A DNA stretch of 64,000 nt from Eledone cirrhosa (Eukaryota), in assembly GCA_964016885.1 (NCBI GenBank), contig OZ024741.1, positions 273,544,001 to 273,608,000 on the forward strand, given 5' to 3'. Positions 1 to 15,270 of the stretch are shown here, piece after piece; the first letter of the stretch is position 1, and every line of letters begins with the position of its first letter. Below the pieces are notes generated by a model. The model was not told the DNA's origin, did no database searches, and worked only from the letters and a program-made list of their open reading frames with translations. The position numbers and the translations under genes are program-made.

Positions 1-3000
1 TGTATGTCACTATGTCACAGCTATCAGACCAGATAGTGTCTGTATGTCACTATGTCACAGCTATCAGACCAGATAGTGTCTGTAAAGTGTTTGTATGTTA
101 CTATGTCACCGCTATCAGACCAGATAGTGTCTGTAAAGTGTCTGTATGTCACTATGTCACCGTTAACAGACCAGATAGTGTCTGTAAAGTGTCTGTATGT
201 CACTATATCACCGCTATCAGACAAGATAGTGTCTGTAAAGTGTCCGTATGTCACTATGTCATCGCTATCAGACCAGATAGTGTCTGTAATGTGGCTGTAT
301 GTCACTGTGTCACCGCTATCAGACCAGATAGTGTCTGTAAAGTGTCTGTATGTCACTATGTCACCGCTATCAGACCAGATAGTGTCTGTAAAGTGTCTGT
401 ATGTCACTATGTCACCGCTATCAGACCACATAGTGTCTGTAAAGTGTCTGTATGTCACTATGTCACTGTTATCAGACCAGATAGTGTCTGTAAAGTGTCT
501 GTATGTCACTATGTCACCGCTATCAGACTAGATGGTGTCTGTAAAGTGGTTGTATGTCACTATGTCACTGTTATCAGACCAGATAGTGTCTGTAAAGTGG
601 TGGTATGTCACTATGTCACCGCTATCAGACCAGATGGTGTCTGTAAAGTGGTTGTATGTCACTATGTCACTGTTATCAGACCAGATAGTGTCTGTAATGT
701 GGCTGTATGTAACTATGTCACCGCTATCAGACCAGATAGTGTCTGTAGGTCACTATGTCACCGCTATCAGACCAGATAGTGTCTGTAAAGTGTCTGTATG
801 TCACTATGTCACCGCTATCAGACCAGATAGTGTCTGTAAAGTGTCTGTATGTCACTGTGTCACCGCTATCAGACCAAATAGTGTCTGTAAAGTGTCTGTA
901 TGTCACTATGTCACCGCTATCAGACCAGATAGTGTCTGTAAAGTGTCTGTATGTCACTATGTCACCGCTATCAGACTAGATGGTGTCTGTAAAGTGGTTG
1001 TATGTCACTATGTCACTGTTATCAGACCAGATAGTGTCTGTAAAGTGGTGGTATGTCACTATGTCACCGCTATCAGACCAGATGGTGTCTGTAAAGTGGT
1101 TGTATGTCACTATGTCACTGTTATCAGACCAGATAGTGTCTGTAAAGTGTCTGTATGTCACTATGTCACTGTTATCTGACCAGATAGTGTCTGTGTGTCA
1201 CTGTGTCACCGTTATCAGACCAGATAGTGTCTGTAAAGTGTCTGTATGTCACTATGTCACCGCTATCAGACCAGACAGTGTCTGTAATGTGGCTGTATGT
1301 CACTGTGTCACCGCTATCAGACCAGATAGTGTCTGTAAAGTGTCAGTATGTCACTATGTCACCGCTATTAGACAAGATAGTGTCTGTATGTCACTATGTC
1401 ACCGTTATCAGACCAGATAGTGTCTGTAATGTGGCTGTATGTCACTGTATCACCGTTATCAGACCAGATAGTGTCTGTAAAGTGTCTGTATGTCACTATG
1501 TCACCACTATCAGACCAGATAGTGTCTGTAAAGTGTCTGTATGTCACTGTGTCACCGCTATCAGACCAAATAGTGTCTGTAAAGTGTCTGTATGTCACTA
1601 TATCACTGCTATCAGACAAGATAGTGTCTGTAAAGTGCCTGTATGTCACTATGTCATCGCTATCAGACCAGATAGTGTCTGTAATGTGGCTGTATGTCAC
1701 TGTGTCACCGCTATCAGACCAGATAGTGTCTGTAAAGTGTCTGTATATCACTATGTCACTGTTATCAGACCATATAGTGTCTGTAAAGTGTCTGTATGTC
1801 ACTATGTCACCGCTATCAGACAAGATAGTGTCTGTAATGTGGCTGTATGTCACTATGTCACCGCTATCAGACCAGATAGTGTCTGTATGTCACTATGTCA
1901 CAGCTATCAGACCAGATAGTGTCTGTAAAGTGTTTGTATGTTACTATGTCACCGCTATCAGACCAGATAGTGTCTGTAAAGTGTCTGTATGTCACTATGT
2001 CACCGTTATCAGACCAGATAGTGTCTGTAAAGTGTCTGTATGTCACTATATCACCGCTATCAGACAAGATAGTGTCTGTAAAGTGTCCGTATGTCACTAT
2101 GTCATCGCTATCAGACCAGATAGTGTCTGTAATGTGGCTGTATGTCACTGTGTCACCGCTATCAGACCAGATAGTGTCTGTAAAGTGTCTGTATGTCACT
2201 ATGTCACCGCTATCAGACCAGATAGTGTCTGTAAAGTGTCTGTATGTCACTATGTCACCGCTATCAGACCACATAGTGTCTGTAAAGTGTCTGTATGTCA
2301 CTATGTCACTGTTATCAGACCAGATAGTGTCTGTAAAGTGTCTGTATGTCACTATGTCACCGCTATCAGACTAGATGGTGTCTGTAAAGTGGTTGTATGT
2401 CACTATGTCACTGTTATCAGACCAGATAGTGTCTGTAATGTGGCTGTATGTAACTATGTCACCGCTATCAGACCAGATAGTGTCTGTAGGTCACTATGTC
2501 ACCGCTATCAGACCAGATAGTGTCTGTAAAGTGTCTGTATGTCACTATGTCACCGCTATCAGACCAGATAGTGTCTGTAAAGTGTCTGTATGTCACTGTG
2601 TCACCGCTATCAGACCAAATAGTGTCTGTAAAGTGTCTGTATGTCACTATGTCACCGCTATCAGACCAGATAGTGTCTGTAAAGTGTCTGTATGTCACTA
2701 TGTCACCGCTATCAGACTAGATGGTGTCTGTAAAGTGGTTGTATGTCACTATGTCACTGTTATCAGACCAGATAGTGTCTGTAAAGTGGTGGTATGTCAC
2801 TATGTCACCGCTATCAGACCAGATGGTGTCTGTAAAGTGGTTGTATGTCACTATGTCACTGTTATCAGACCAGATAGTGTCTGTAAAGTGTCTGTATGTC
2901 ACTATGTCACTGTTATCTGACCAGATAGTGTCTGTGTGTCACTGTGTCACCGTTATCAGACCAGATAGTGTCTGTAAAGTGTCTGTATGTCACTATGTCA

Positions 3001-4270
3001 CCGCTATCAGACCAGACAGTGTCTGTAATGTGGCTGTATGTCACTGTGTCACCACTATCAGACCAGATAGTGTCTGTAAAGTGTCAGTATGTCACTATGT
3101 CACCGCTATTAGACAAGATAGTGTCTGTATGTCACTATGTCACCGTTATCAGACCAGATAGTGTCTGTAATGTGGCTGTATGTCACTGTATCACCGTTAT
3201 CAGACCAGATAGTGTCTGTAAAGTGTCTGTATGTCACTATGTCACCACTATCAGACCAGATAGTGTCTGTAAAGTGTCTGTATGTCACTGTGTCACCGCT
3301 ATCAGACCAAATAGTGTCTGTAAAGTGTCTGTATGTCACTATATCACCGCTATCAGACAAGATAGTGTCTGTAAAGTGCCTGTATGTCACTATGTCATCG
3401 CTATCAGACCAGATAGTGTCTGTAATGTGGCTGTATGTCACTGTGTCACCGCTATCAGACCAGATAGTGTCTGTAAAGTGTCTGTATATCACTATGTCAC
3501 TGTTATCAGACCATATAGTGTCTGTAAAGTGTCTGTATGTCACTATGTCACCGCTATCAGACAAGATAGTGTCTGTAATGTGGCTGTATGTCACTATGTC
3601 ACCGCTATCAGACCAGATAGTGTCTGTATGTCACTATGTCACAGCTATCAGACCAGATAGTGTCTGTAAAGTGTTTGTATGTTACTATGTCACCGCTATC
3701 AGACCAGATAGTGTCTGTAAAGTGTCTGTATGTCACTATGTCACCGTTATCAGACCAGATAGTGTCTGTAAAGTGTCTGTATGTCACTATATCACCGCTA
3801 TCAGACAAGATAGTGTCTGTAAAGTGTCCGTATGTCACTATGTCATCGCTATCAGACCAGATAGTGTCTGTAATGTGGCTGTATGTCACTGTGTCACCGC
3901 TATCAGACCAGATAGTGTCTGTAAAGTGTCTGTATGTCACTATGTCACCGCTATCAGACCAGATAGTGTCTGTAAAGTGTCTGTATGTCACTATGTCACC
4001 GCTATCAGACCACATAGTGTCTGTAAAGTGTCTGTATGTCACTATGTCACTGTTATCAGACTAGATGGTGTCTGTAAAGTGGTTGTATGTCACTATGTCA
4101 CTGTTATCAGACCAGATAGTGTCTGTAAAGTGGTGGTATGTCACTATGTCACCGCTATCAGACCAGATGGTGTCTGTAAAGTGGTTGTATGTCACTATGT
4201 CACTGTTATCAGACCAGATAGTGTCTGTAAAGTGTCTGTATGTCACTATGTCACTGTTATCTGACCAGAT
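1..4270. repeat. Higher-order repeat block, period 1741-1843 bp (~2.3 copies visible)
   Basis: Matching ORFs recur at 727/2468, 1203/2944 and 1396/3137 (offset 1741) and 52/1895 (offset 1843 = 1741 + 2 monomers). Private variants such as GTCCGTATG and TGTAGGTCAC are shared. Boundaries are approximate. Confidence 0.9.
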
Positions 4271-7200
4271 AGTGTCTGTGTGTCACTGTGTCACCGTTAT
4301 CAGACCGGATAGTGTCTGTAAAGTGTCTGTATGTCACTATGTCACCGCTATCAGACCAGACAGTGTCTGTAATGTGGCTGTATGTCACTGTGTCACCGCT
4401 ATCAGACCAGATAGTGTCTGTAAAGTGTCAGTATGTCACTATGTCACCGCTATTAGACAAGATAGTGTCTGTATGTCACTATGTCACCGTTATCAGACCA
4501 GATAGTGTCTGTAATGTGGCTGTATGTCACTGTATCACCGCTATCAGACCAGATAGTGTCTGTAATGTGTCTGTATGTCACTATGTCACCGCTATCAGAC
4601 CAGATAGTGTCTGTATGTCACTATGTCACCGCTATCAGACCAGATAGTGTCTGTAAAGTGTCTGTATGTTACTATGTTACCGCTATCAGACCAGATGGTG
4701 TCTGTAAAGTGGCTGTATGTCACTATGTCACTGTTATCAGACCAGATAGTGTCTGTAAAGTGTCTGTATGTCACTATGTCACCGCTATCAGACCAGATGG
4801 TGTCTGTAAAGTGTCTGTATGTCACTATGTCACCGCTATCAGACCAGATGGTGTCTGTAAAGTGGCTGTATGTCACTATGTCACTGTTATCAGACCTGAT
4901 AGTGTCTGTAAAATGTCTGTATGTCACTATGTCACCGCTATCAGACCAGATAGTGTCTGTAAAGTGTCTGTGTGTCACCATGTCACCGCTATCAGACCAG
5001 ATAGTGTCTGTAAAGTGTCTGTGTGTCACTATGTTACCGCTATCAGACCAGATAGTGTCTTTAACGTGGCTGTATGTCACTATGTCACCGCTATCAGACC
5101 AGATAGTGTCTGTAAAGTATCTGTGTGTCACTATGTCACCGCTATCAGACCAGATAGTGTCTTTAACGTGGCTGTATGTCACTATGTCACCGCTATCAGA
5201 CCAGATAGTGTCTGTATGTCACTATATCACCGTTATCAGACCAGATAGTGTCTGTAAAGTGTCTGTATGTCACTATGTCACTATGTCACCTCTATCAGAT
5301 CAGATAGTGTCTGTAAAGTGTCTGTATGTCACTATATCACTGTTATCAGACCAGATAGTGTCTGTAATGTGGCTGTATGTCACTGTGTCACCGCTATCAG
5401 ACCAGATAGTGTCTGTAAAGTGTCTGTATACCACTATGTCACTGTTATCAGACCATATAGTGTCTGTAAAGTGTCTGTATGTCACTATGTCACCGCTATC
5501 AGACAAGATAGTGTCTGTAATGTGGCTGTATGTCACTATGTCACCGCTATCAGACCAGATAGTGTCTGTAAAGTGTCTGTATGTCACTATGTCACCGTTA
5601 TCAAACCAGATAATGTCTGTAAAGTGTCTGTATGTCACTATGTCACCGCTATCAGACCAGATAGTGTCTGTAAAGTGTCTGTATGTCACTATGTCACCGC
5701 TATCAGACCAGATAGTGTCTGTAAAGTGTCTGTATGTCACTATGTCACCGCTATCAGACCAGATAGTGTCTGTAAAGTGTCTGTATGTCACTATGTCACT
5801 GTTATCAGACAAGATAGCGTCTGTAATGTGTCTGTATGTCACTATGTCACCGCTATCAGACCAGATGGTGTCTGTAATGTGTCTGTATGTCACTATGTCA
5901 CTGTTATCAGACCAGATAGTGTCTGTAAAGTGTCTGTGTGTCACTATGTCACCGCTATCAGACCAGATGGTGTCTGTAAAGTGGTTGTATGTCACTATGT
6001 CACTGTTATCAGACCAGATAGTGTCTGTAAAGTGTCTGTATGTCACTATGTCACTGTTATCTGACCAGATAGTGTCTGTGTGTCACTGTGTCACCGTTAT
6101 CAGACCAGATAGTGTCTGTATGTCACCATGTCACCGTTATCAGACCAGATAGTGTCTGTATGTCACTATGTCACCGTTATCAGTCCAGATAGTGTCTGTA
6201 TGTCACTGTGTCACAGTTATCAGACCAGATAGTGTCTGTAAAGTGTCTGTATGTCACTATGTTACCGTTATCAGACCAGATAGTGTCTGTAAAGTGTCTG
6301 TATGTCACTGTGTCACCGCTATCAGACCAGACAGTGTCTGTAATGTGACTGTATGTCACTATGTCACCGCTATCAGGCCAGCTAGTGTCTGTATGTCCCT
6401 GTGTCACTGTTATCAGACCAGATAGTGTCTGTAAAGTGTCTGTATGTCACTATGTCACCGGTATTAGACCAGATAGTGTCTGTAAAGTGTCTGTATGTCA
6501 CTGTGTCACCGCTATCAGACCAGACAGTGTCTGTAATGTGGCTGTATGTCACTATGTCAGCGCTATCAGACCAGATAGTGTCTGTAAAGTGTCTGTATGT
6601 CACTATGTCACCGCTATCAGACCAGATAGTGTCTGTATGTCACTATGTCACCGTTATCAGACCAGATAGTGTCTGTAAAGTGTCTGTATGTCACTATGTC
6701 ACCGCTATCAAACCAGATAGTGTCTGTATGTCACTATGTCACCGCTATCAGACAAGATAGTGTCTGTAAAGTGTCTGTATGTCACTATGCCACCGCTATC
6801 AGACCAGATAGTGTCTGTAAAGTATCTGTATGTCACTGTGTCACCGCTATCAGACCAGATCGTGTCTGTAAAGTGTCTGTATGTCACTATGTCACCGCTA
6901 TCAGACCAGATAGTGTCTGTAAAGTGTCTGTATGTCACTAAGTCACCGCTATCAGACCAGATAGTATCTGTAAAGTGTCTGTATGTCACTATATCACCGC
7001 TATCAGACAAGATAGTGTCTGTAAAGTTTTTGTATGTCACTATGTCACCGCTATCAGACCAGATAGTGTCTGTAATGTGGCTGTATGTCACTGTGTCACC
7101 GCTATCAGACCAGATAGTGTCTGGAAAGTGTCTGTATATCACTATGTCACTGTTATCAGACCATATAGTGTCTGTAAAGTGTCTGTATGTCACTATGTCA

Positions 7201-10200
7201 CCGCTATCAGACAAGATAGTGTCTATAATGTGGCTGTATGTCACTATGTCACCGCTATCAGACCAGATAGTGCCTGTAAAGTGTCTGTATGTCACTATGT
7301 CACCGCTATCAGACAAGATAGTGTCTGTAATGTGGCTGTATGTCACTGTGTCACCGCTATCAGACCAGATAGTGTCTGTAAAGTGTCTGTATATCACTAT
7401 GTCACTGTTATCAGACCATATAGTGTCTGTAAAGTGTCTGTATGTCACTATGTCACAGCTATCAGACAAGATAGTGTCTGTAATGTGGCTGTATGTCACT
7501 ATGTCACCGCTATCAGACCAGATAGTGTCTGTATGTCACTATGTCACCGCTATCAGACCAGATAGTGTCTGTAAAGTGTCTGTATGTCACTATGTCACTG
7601 TTATCAGACCAGATAGTGTCAGTAAAGTGTCTGTATGTCACTATGTCACGGCCATCAGACCAGATAGTGTCTGTAAAGTGTCTGTATGTCACTATGTCAC
7701 TGTCATCAGACCAGATAGTGTCTGTAAAGTGTCTGTATGTCACTATGTCACTGTTATCAGACCAGATAGTGTCTGTAAAGTGTCTGTATGTCACTATTTC
7801 ACCGCTATCAGTCCAGATAGTGTCTGTAAAGTGTCTGAATGTCACTGTGTCACCGCTATCAGACCAGACAGTGTCTGTAATGTGGCTGTATGTCATTATG
7901 TCACCGCTATCAGACCAGATAGTGTCTGTAAAGTGTCTGTATGTCACCATGTCACCGCTATCAGACCACATAGTGTCTGTAAAGTGGCTGTATGTCACTA
8001 TGTCACCGCTATCAGACCAGATAGTCTCTGTAAAGTGTCTGTATGTCACTATATCACTGTTATCAGACCAGATAGTGTCTGTAAAGTGTCTGAATGTCAC
8101 TATGTCACGGCTATCAGAACAGATAGTGTCTGTATGTCACTATGTCACCGTTATCCGACCAGATAGTATCTGTAATGTGACTGTATGTCACTATGTCACC
8201 GCTATCAGGCCAGATAGTGTCTGTATGTCACTGCGTCACTGTTATCAGACCAGAGAGTGTCTGTAAAGTGTCTGTATGTCACTATGTCACCGCTATCAGA
8301 CCAGATAGTGTCTGTAAAGTGTCTGTATGTCACTATGTCACTGTTATCTGACCAGATAGTGTCTGTGTGTCACTGTGTCACCGTTATCAGACCAGATAGT
8401 GTCTGTAAAGTGTCTGTATGTCACTATGTCACCGCTATCAGACCAGACAGTGTCTGTAATGTGGCTGTATGTCACTGTGTCACCGCTATCAGACCAGATA
8501 GTGTCTGTAAAGTGTCAGTATGTCACTATGTCACCGCTATTAGACAAGATAGTGTCTGTATGTCACTATGTCACCGTTATCAGACCAGATAGTGTCTGTA
8601 ATGTGGCTGTATGTCACTGTGTCACCGCTATCAGACCAGATAGTGTCTGTAATGTGTCTGTATGTCACTATGTCACCGCTATCAGACCAGATAGTGTCTG
8701 TAAAGTGTCTGTATGTTACTATGTCACCGCTATCAGACCAGACGGTGTCTGTAAAGTGGCTGTATGTCACTATGTCACTGTTATCAGACCAGATAGTGTC
8801 TGTAAAGTGTCTGTATGTCACTATGTCACCGCTATCAGACCAGATGGTGTCTGTAAAGTGTCTGTATGTCACTATGTAACCGCTATCAGACCAGATGGTG
8901 TCTGTAAAGTGGCTGTATGTCACTATGTCACTGTTATCAGACCAGATAGTGTCTGTAAAATGTCTGTATGTCACTATGTCACCGCTATCAGACCAGATAG
9001 TGTCTGTAAAGTGTCTGTGTTTCACCATGTCACCGCTATCAGACCAGATTGTGTCTGTAAAGTGTCTGTGTGTCACTATGTCACCGCTATCAGACCATAT
9101 AGTGTCTTTAACGTGGCTGTATGTCACTATGTCACCGCTATCAGACCAGATAGTGTCTGTAAAGTATCTGTGTGTCACTATGTCACCGCTATCAGACCAG
9201 ATAGTGTCTTTAACGTGGCTGTATGTCACTATGTCACCGCTATCAGACCAGATAGTGTCTGTATGTCACTATATCACCGTTATCAGACCAGATAGTGTCT
9301 GTAAAGTGGCTGTATATCACTATGTCACCGCTATCAGACCAGATAGTGTCTGTAAAGTGTCTGTATGTCACTATGTCACTATGTCACCTCTATCAGACCA
9401 GATAGTGTCTGTAAAGTGTCTGTATGTCACTATATCACTGTTATCAGACCAGATAGTGTCTGTAATGTGGCTGTATGTCACTGTGTCACCGCTATCTGAC
9501 CAGATAGTGTCTGTAAAGTGTCTGTATACCACTATGTCACTGTTATCAGACCATATAGTGTCTGTAAAGTGTCTGTATGTCACTATGTCACCGCTATCAG
9601 ACAAGATAGTGTCTGTAATGTGGCTGTATGTCACTATGTCACCGGTATCAGACCAGATAGTGTCTGTAAAGTGTCTGTATGTCACTATGTCACCGTTATC
9701 AGACCAGATAATGTCTGTAAAGTGTCTGTATGTCACTATGTCACCGCTATCAGACCAGATAGTGTCTGTAAAGTGTCTGTATGTCACTATGTCACCGCTA
9801 TCAGACCAGATAGTGTCTGTAAAGTGTCTGTATGTCACTATGTCACCGCTATCAGACCAGATAGTGTCTGTAAAGTGTCTGTATGTCACTATGTCACTGT
9901 TATCAGACAAGATAGCGTCTGTAATGTGTCTGTATGTCACTATGTCACCGCTATCAGACCAGATGGTGTCTGTAATGTGTCTGTATGTCACTATGTCACT
10001 GTTATCAGACCAGATAGTGTCTGTAAAGTGTCTGTATGTCACTATGTCACCGCTATCAGACCAGATGGTGTCTGTAATGTGTCTGTATGTCACTATGTCA
10101 CTGTTATCAGACCAGATAGTGTCTGTAAAGTGTCTGTGTGTCACTATGTCACCGCTATCAGACCAGATGGTGTCTGTAAAGTGGTTGTATGTCACTATGT

Positions 10201-11179
10201 CACTGTTATCAGACCAGATAGTGTCTGTAAAGTGTCTGTCTGTCACTATGTCACTGTTATCTGACCAGATAGTGTCTGTGTGTCACTGTGTCACCGTTAT
10301 CAGACCAGATAGTGTCTGTATGTCACCATGTCACCGTTATCAGACCAGATAGTGTCTGTATGTCACTATGTCACCGTTATCAGACCAGATAGTGTATGTA
10401 TGTCACTGTGTCACAGTTATCAGACCAGATAGTGTCTGTAAAGTGTCTGTATGTCACTATGTTACCGTTATCAGACCAGATAGTGTCTGTAAAGTGTCTG
10501 TATGTCACTGTGTCACCGCTATCAGACCAGACAGTGTCTGTAATGTGACTGTATGTCACTATGTCACCGCTATCAGGCCAGCTAGTGTCTGTATGTCCCT
10601 GTGTCACTGTTATCAGACCAGATAGTGTCTGTAAAGTGTCTGTATGTCACTATGTCACCGCTATCAGACCAGATAGTGTCTGTAAAGTGTCTGTATGTCA
10701 CTATGTCACTGTTATCAGACAAGATAGCGTCTGTAATGTGTCTGTATGTAAATATGTCACCGCTATCAGACCAGATGGTGTCTGTAATGTGTCTGTATGT
10801 CACTATGTCACTGTTATCAGACCAGATAGTGTCTGTAAAGTGTCTGTATGTCACTATGTCACCGCTATCAGACCAGATGGTGTCTGTAATGTGTCTGTAT
10901 GTCACTATGTCACTGTTATCAGACCAGATAGTGTCTGTAAAGTGTCTGTGTGTCACTATGTCACCGCTATCAGACCAGATGGTGTCTGTAAAGTGGTTTT
11001 ATGTCACTATGTCACTGTTATCAGACCAGATAGTGTCTGTAAAGTGTCTGTATGTCACTATGTCACTGTTATCTGACCAGATAGTGTCTGTGTGTCACTG
11101 TGTCACCGTTATCAGACCAGATAGTGTCTGTATGTCACCATGTCACCGTTATCAGACCAGATAGTGTCTGTATGTCACT

Positions 11180-14100
11180 ATGTCACCGTTATCAGACCAG
11201 ATAGTGTATGTATGTCACTGTGTCACAGTTATCAGACCAGATAGTGTCTGTAAAGTGTCTGTATGTCACTATGTTACCGTTATCAGACCAGATAGTGTCT
11301 GTAAAGTGTCTGTATGTCACTGTGTCACCGCTATCAGACCAGACAGTGTCTGTAATGTGACTGTATGTCACTATGTCACCGCTATCAGGCCAGCTAGTGT
11401 CTGTATGTCCCTGTGTCACTGTTATCAGACCAGATAGTGTCTGTAAAGTGTCTGTATGTCACTATGTCACCGTTATTAGACCAGATAGTGTCTGTAAAGT
11501 GTCTGTATGTCACTGTGTCACCGCTATCAGACCAGACAGTGTCTGTAATGTGGCTGTATGTCACTATGTCAGCGCTATCAGACCAGATAGTGTCTGTAAA
11601 GTGTCTGTATGTCACTATGTCACCGCTATCAGACCAGATGGTGTCTGTAAAGTGTCTGTATGTCACTATGTCACCGCTATCAGACCAGATGGTGTCTGTA
11701 AAGTGGCTGTATGTCACTATGTCACTGTTATCAGACCAGATAGTGTCTGTAAAATGTCTGTATGTCACTATGTCACCGCTATCAGACCAGATAGTGTCTG
11801 TAAAGTGTCTGTGTGTCACCATGTCACCGCTATCAGACCAGATAGTGTCTGTAAAGTGTCTGTGTGTCACTATGTCACCGCTATCAGACCAGATAGTGTC
11901 TTTAACGTGGCTGTATGTCACTATGTCACCGCTATCAGACCAGATAGTGTCTGTAAAGTATCTGTGTGTCACTATGTCACCGCTATCAGACCAGATAGTG
12001 TCTTTAACGTGGCTGTATGTCACTATGTCACCGCTATCAGACCAGATAGTGTCTGTATGTCACCATGTCACCGTTATCAGACCAGATAGTGTCTGTATGT
12101 CACTGTGTCACAGTTATCAGACCAGATAGTGTCTGTAAAGTGTCTGTATGTCACTATGTTACCGTTATCAGACCAGATAGTGTCTGTAAAGTGTCTGTAT
12201 GTCACTATGTCACTATGTCACCTCTATCAGACCAGATAGTGTCTGTAAAGTGTCTGTATGTCACTATATCACTGTTATCAGACCAGATAGTGTCTGTAAT
12301 GTGGCTGTATGTCACTGTGTCACCGCTATCAGACCAGATAGTGTCTGTAAAGTGTCTGTATACCACTATGTCACTGTTATCAGACCATATAGTGTCTGTA
12401 AAGTGTCTGTATGTCACTATGTCACCGCTATCAGACCAGATAGTGTCTGTAAAGTGTCTGTATGTCACTATGTCACCGCTATCAGACCAGATAGTGTCTG
12501 TAAAGTGTCTGTATGTCACTATGTCACTGTTATCAGACAAGATAGTGTCTGTAATGTGTCTGTATGTCACTATGTCACCGCTATCAGACCAGATGGTGTC
12601 TGTAATGTGTCTGTATGTCACTATGTCACTGTTATCAGACCAGATAGTGTCTGTAAAGTGTCTGTATGTCACTATGTCACCGCTATCAGACCAGATGGTG
12701 TCTCTAATGTGTCTGTATGTCACTATGTCACTGTTATCAGACCAGATAGTGTCTGTAAAGTGTCTGTGTGTCACTATGTCACCGCTATCAGACCAGATGG
12801 TGTCTGTAAAGTGGTTGTATGTCACTATGTCACTGTTATCAGACCAGATAGTGTCTGTAAAGTGTCTGTATGTCACTATCTCACTGTTATCTGACCAGAT
12901 AGTGTCTGTGTGTCACTGTGTCACCGTTATCAGACCAGATAGTGACTGTATGTCACCATGTCACCGTTATCAGACCAGATAGTGTCTGTATGTCACCATG
13001 TCACCGTTATCAGACCAGATAGTGTCTGTATGTCACTGTGTCACAGTTATCAGACCAGATAGTGTCTGTAAAGTGTCTGTATGTCACTATGTTACCGTTA
13101 TCAGACCAGATAGTGTCTGTAAAGTGTCTGTATGTCACTGTGTCACCGCTATCAGACCAGACAGTGTCTGTAATGTGACTGTATGTCACTATGTCACCGC
13201 TATCAGGCCAGCTAGTGTCTGTATGTCCCTGTGTCACTGTTATCAGACCAGATAGTGTCTGTAAAGTGTCTGTATGTCACTATGTCACCGTTATTAGACC
13301 AGATAGTGTCTGTAAAGTGTCTGTATGTCACTGTGTCACCGCTATCAGACCAGACAGTGTCTGTAATGTGGCTGTATGTCACTATGTCAGCGCTATCAGA
13401 CCAGATAGTGTCTGTAAAGTGTCTGTATGTCACTATGTCACCGCTATCAGACCAGATGGTGTCTGTAAAGTGTCTGTATGTCACTATGTCACCGCTATCA
13501 GACCAGATGGTGTCTGTAAAGTGGCTGTATGTCACTATGTCACTGTTATCAGACCAGATAGTGTCTGTAAAATGTCTGTATGTCACTATGTCACCGCTAT
13601 CAGACCAGATAGTGTCTGTAAAGTGTCTGTGTGTCACCATGTCACCGCTATCAGACCAGATAGTGTCTGTAAAGTGTCTGTGTGTCACTATGTCACCGCT
13701 ATCAGACCAGATAGTGTCTTTAACGTGGCTGTATGTCACTATGTCACCGCTATCAGACCAGATAGTGTCTGTAAAGTATCTGTGTGTCACTATGTCACCG
13801 CTATCAGACCAGATAGTGTCTTTAACGTGGCTGTATGTCACTATGTCACCGCTATCAGACCAGATAGTGTCTGTATGTCACCATGTCACCGTTATCAGAC
13901 CAGATAGTGTCTGTATGTCACTGTGTCACAGTTATCAGACCAGATAGTGTCTGTAAAGTGTCTGTATGTCACTATGTTACCGTTATCAGACCAGATAGTG
14001 TCTGTAAAGTGTCTGTATGTCACTATGTCACTATGTCACCTCTATCAGACCAGATAGTGTCTGTAAAGTGTCTGTATGTCACTATATCACTGTTATCAGA

Positions 14101-15270
14101 CCAGATAGTGTCTGTAATGTGGCTGTATGTCACTGTGTCACCGCTATCAGACCAGATAGTGTCTGTAAAGTGTCTGTATACCACTATGTCACTGTTATCA
14201 GACCATATAGTGTCTGTAAAGTGTCTGTATGTCACTATGTCACCGCTATCAGACCAGATAGTGTCTGTAAAGTGTCTGTATGTCACTATGTCACCGCTAT
14301 CAGACCAGATAGTGTCTGTAAAGTGTCTGTATGTCACTATGTCACTGTTATCAGACAAGATAGTGTCTGTAATGTGTCTGTATGTCACTATGTCACCGCT
14401 ATCAGACCAGATGGTGTCTGTAATGTGTCTGTATGTCACTATGTCACTGTTATCAGACCAGATAGTGTCTGTAAAGTGTCTGTATGTCACTATGTCACCG
14501 CTATCAGACCAGATGGTGTCTGTAATGTGTCTGTATGTCACTATGTCACTGTTATCAGACCAGATAGTGTCTGTAAAGTGTCTGTGTGTCACTATGTCAC
14601 CGCTATCAGACCAGATGGTGTCTGTAAAGTGGTTGTATGTCACTATGTCACAGTTATCAGACCAGATAGTGTCTGTAAAGTGTCTGTATGTCACTATGTC
14701 ACTGTTATCTGACCAGATAGTGTCTGTGTGTCACTGTGTCACCGTTATCAGACCAGATAGTGACTGTATGTCACCATGTCACCGTTATCAGACCAGATAG
14801 TGTCTGTATGTCACCATGTCACCGTTATCAGACCAGATAGTGTCTGTATGTCACTGTGTCACAGTTATCAGACCAGATAGTGTCTGTAAAGTGTCTGTAT
14901 GTCACTATGTTACCGTTATCAGACCAGATAGTGTCTGTAAAGTGTCTGTATGTCACTGTGTCACCGCTATCAGACCAGACAGTGTCTGTAATGTGACTGT
15001 ATGTCACTATGTCACCGCTATCAGGCCAGCTAGTGTCTGTATGTCCCTGTGTCACTGTTATCAGACCAGATAGTGTCTGTAAAGTGTCTGTATGTCACTA
15101 TGTCACCGTTATTAGACCAGATAGTGTCTGTAAAGTGTCTGTATGTCACTGTGTCACCGCTATCAGACCAGACAGTGTCTGTAATGTGGCTGTATGTCAC
15201 TATGTCAGCGCTATCAGACCAGATAGTGTCTGTAAAGTGTCTGTATGTCACTATGTCACCGCTATCAGAC
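11180..15270. repeat. Higher-order repeat block, period 1818 bp (~2.2 copies)
   Basis: Matching ORFs at 11180/12998/14816, 11373/13191/15009 and 12065/13883, all offset by 1818. Boundaries are approximate. Confidence 0.9.
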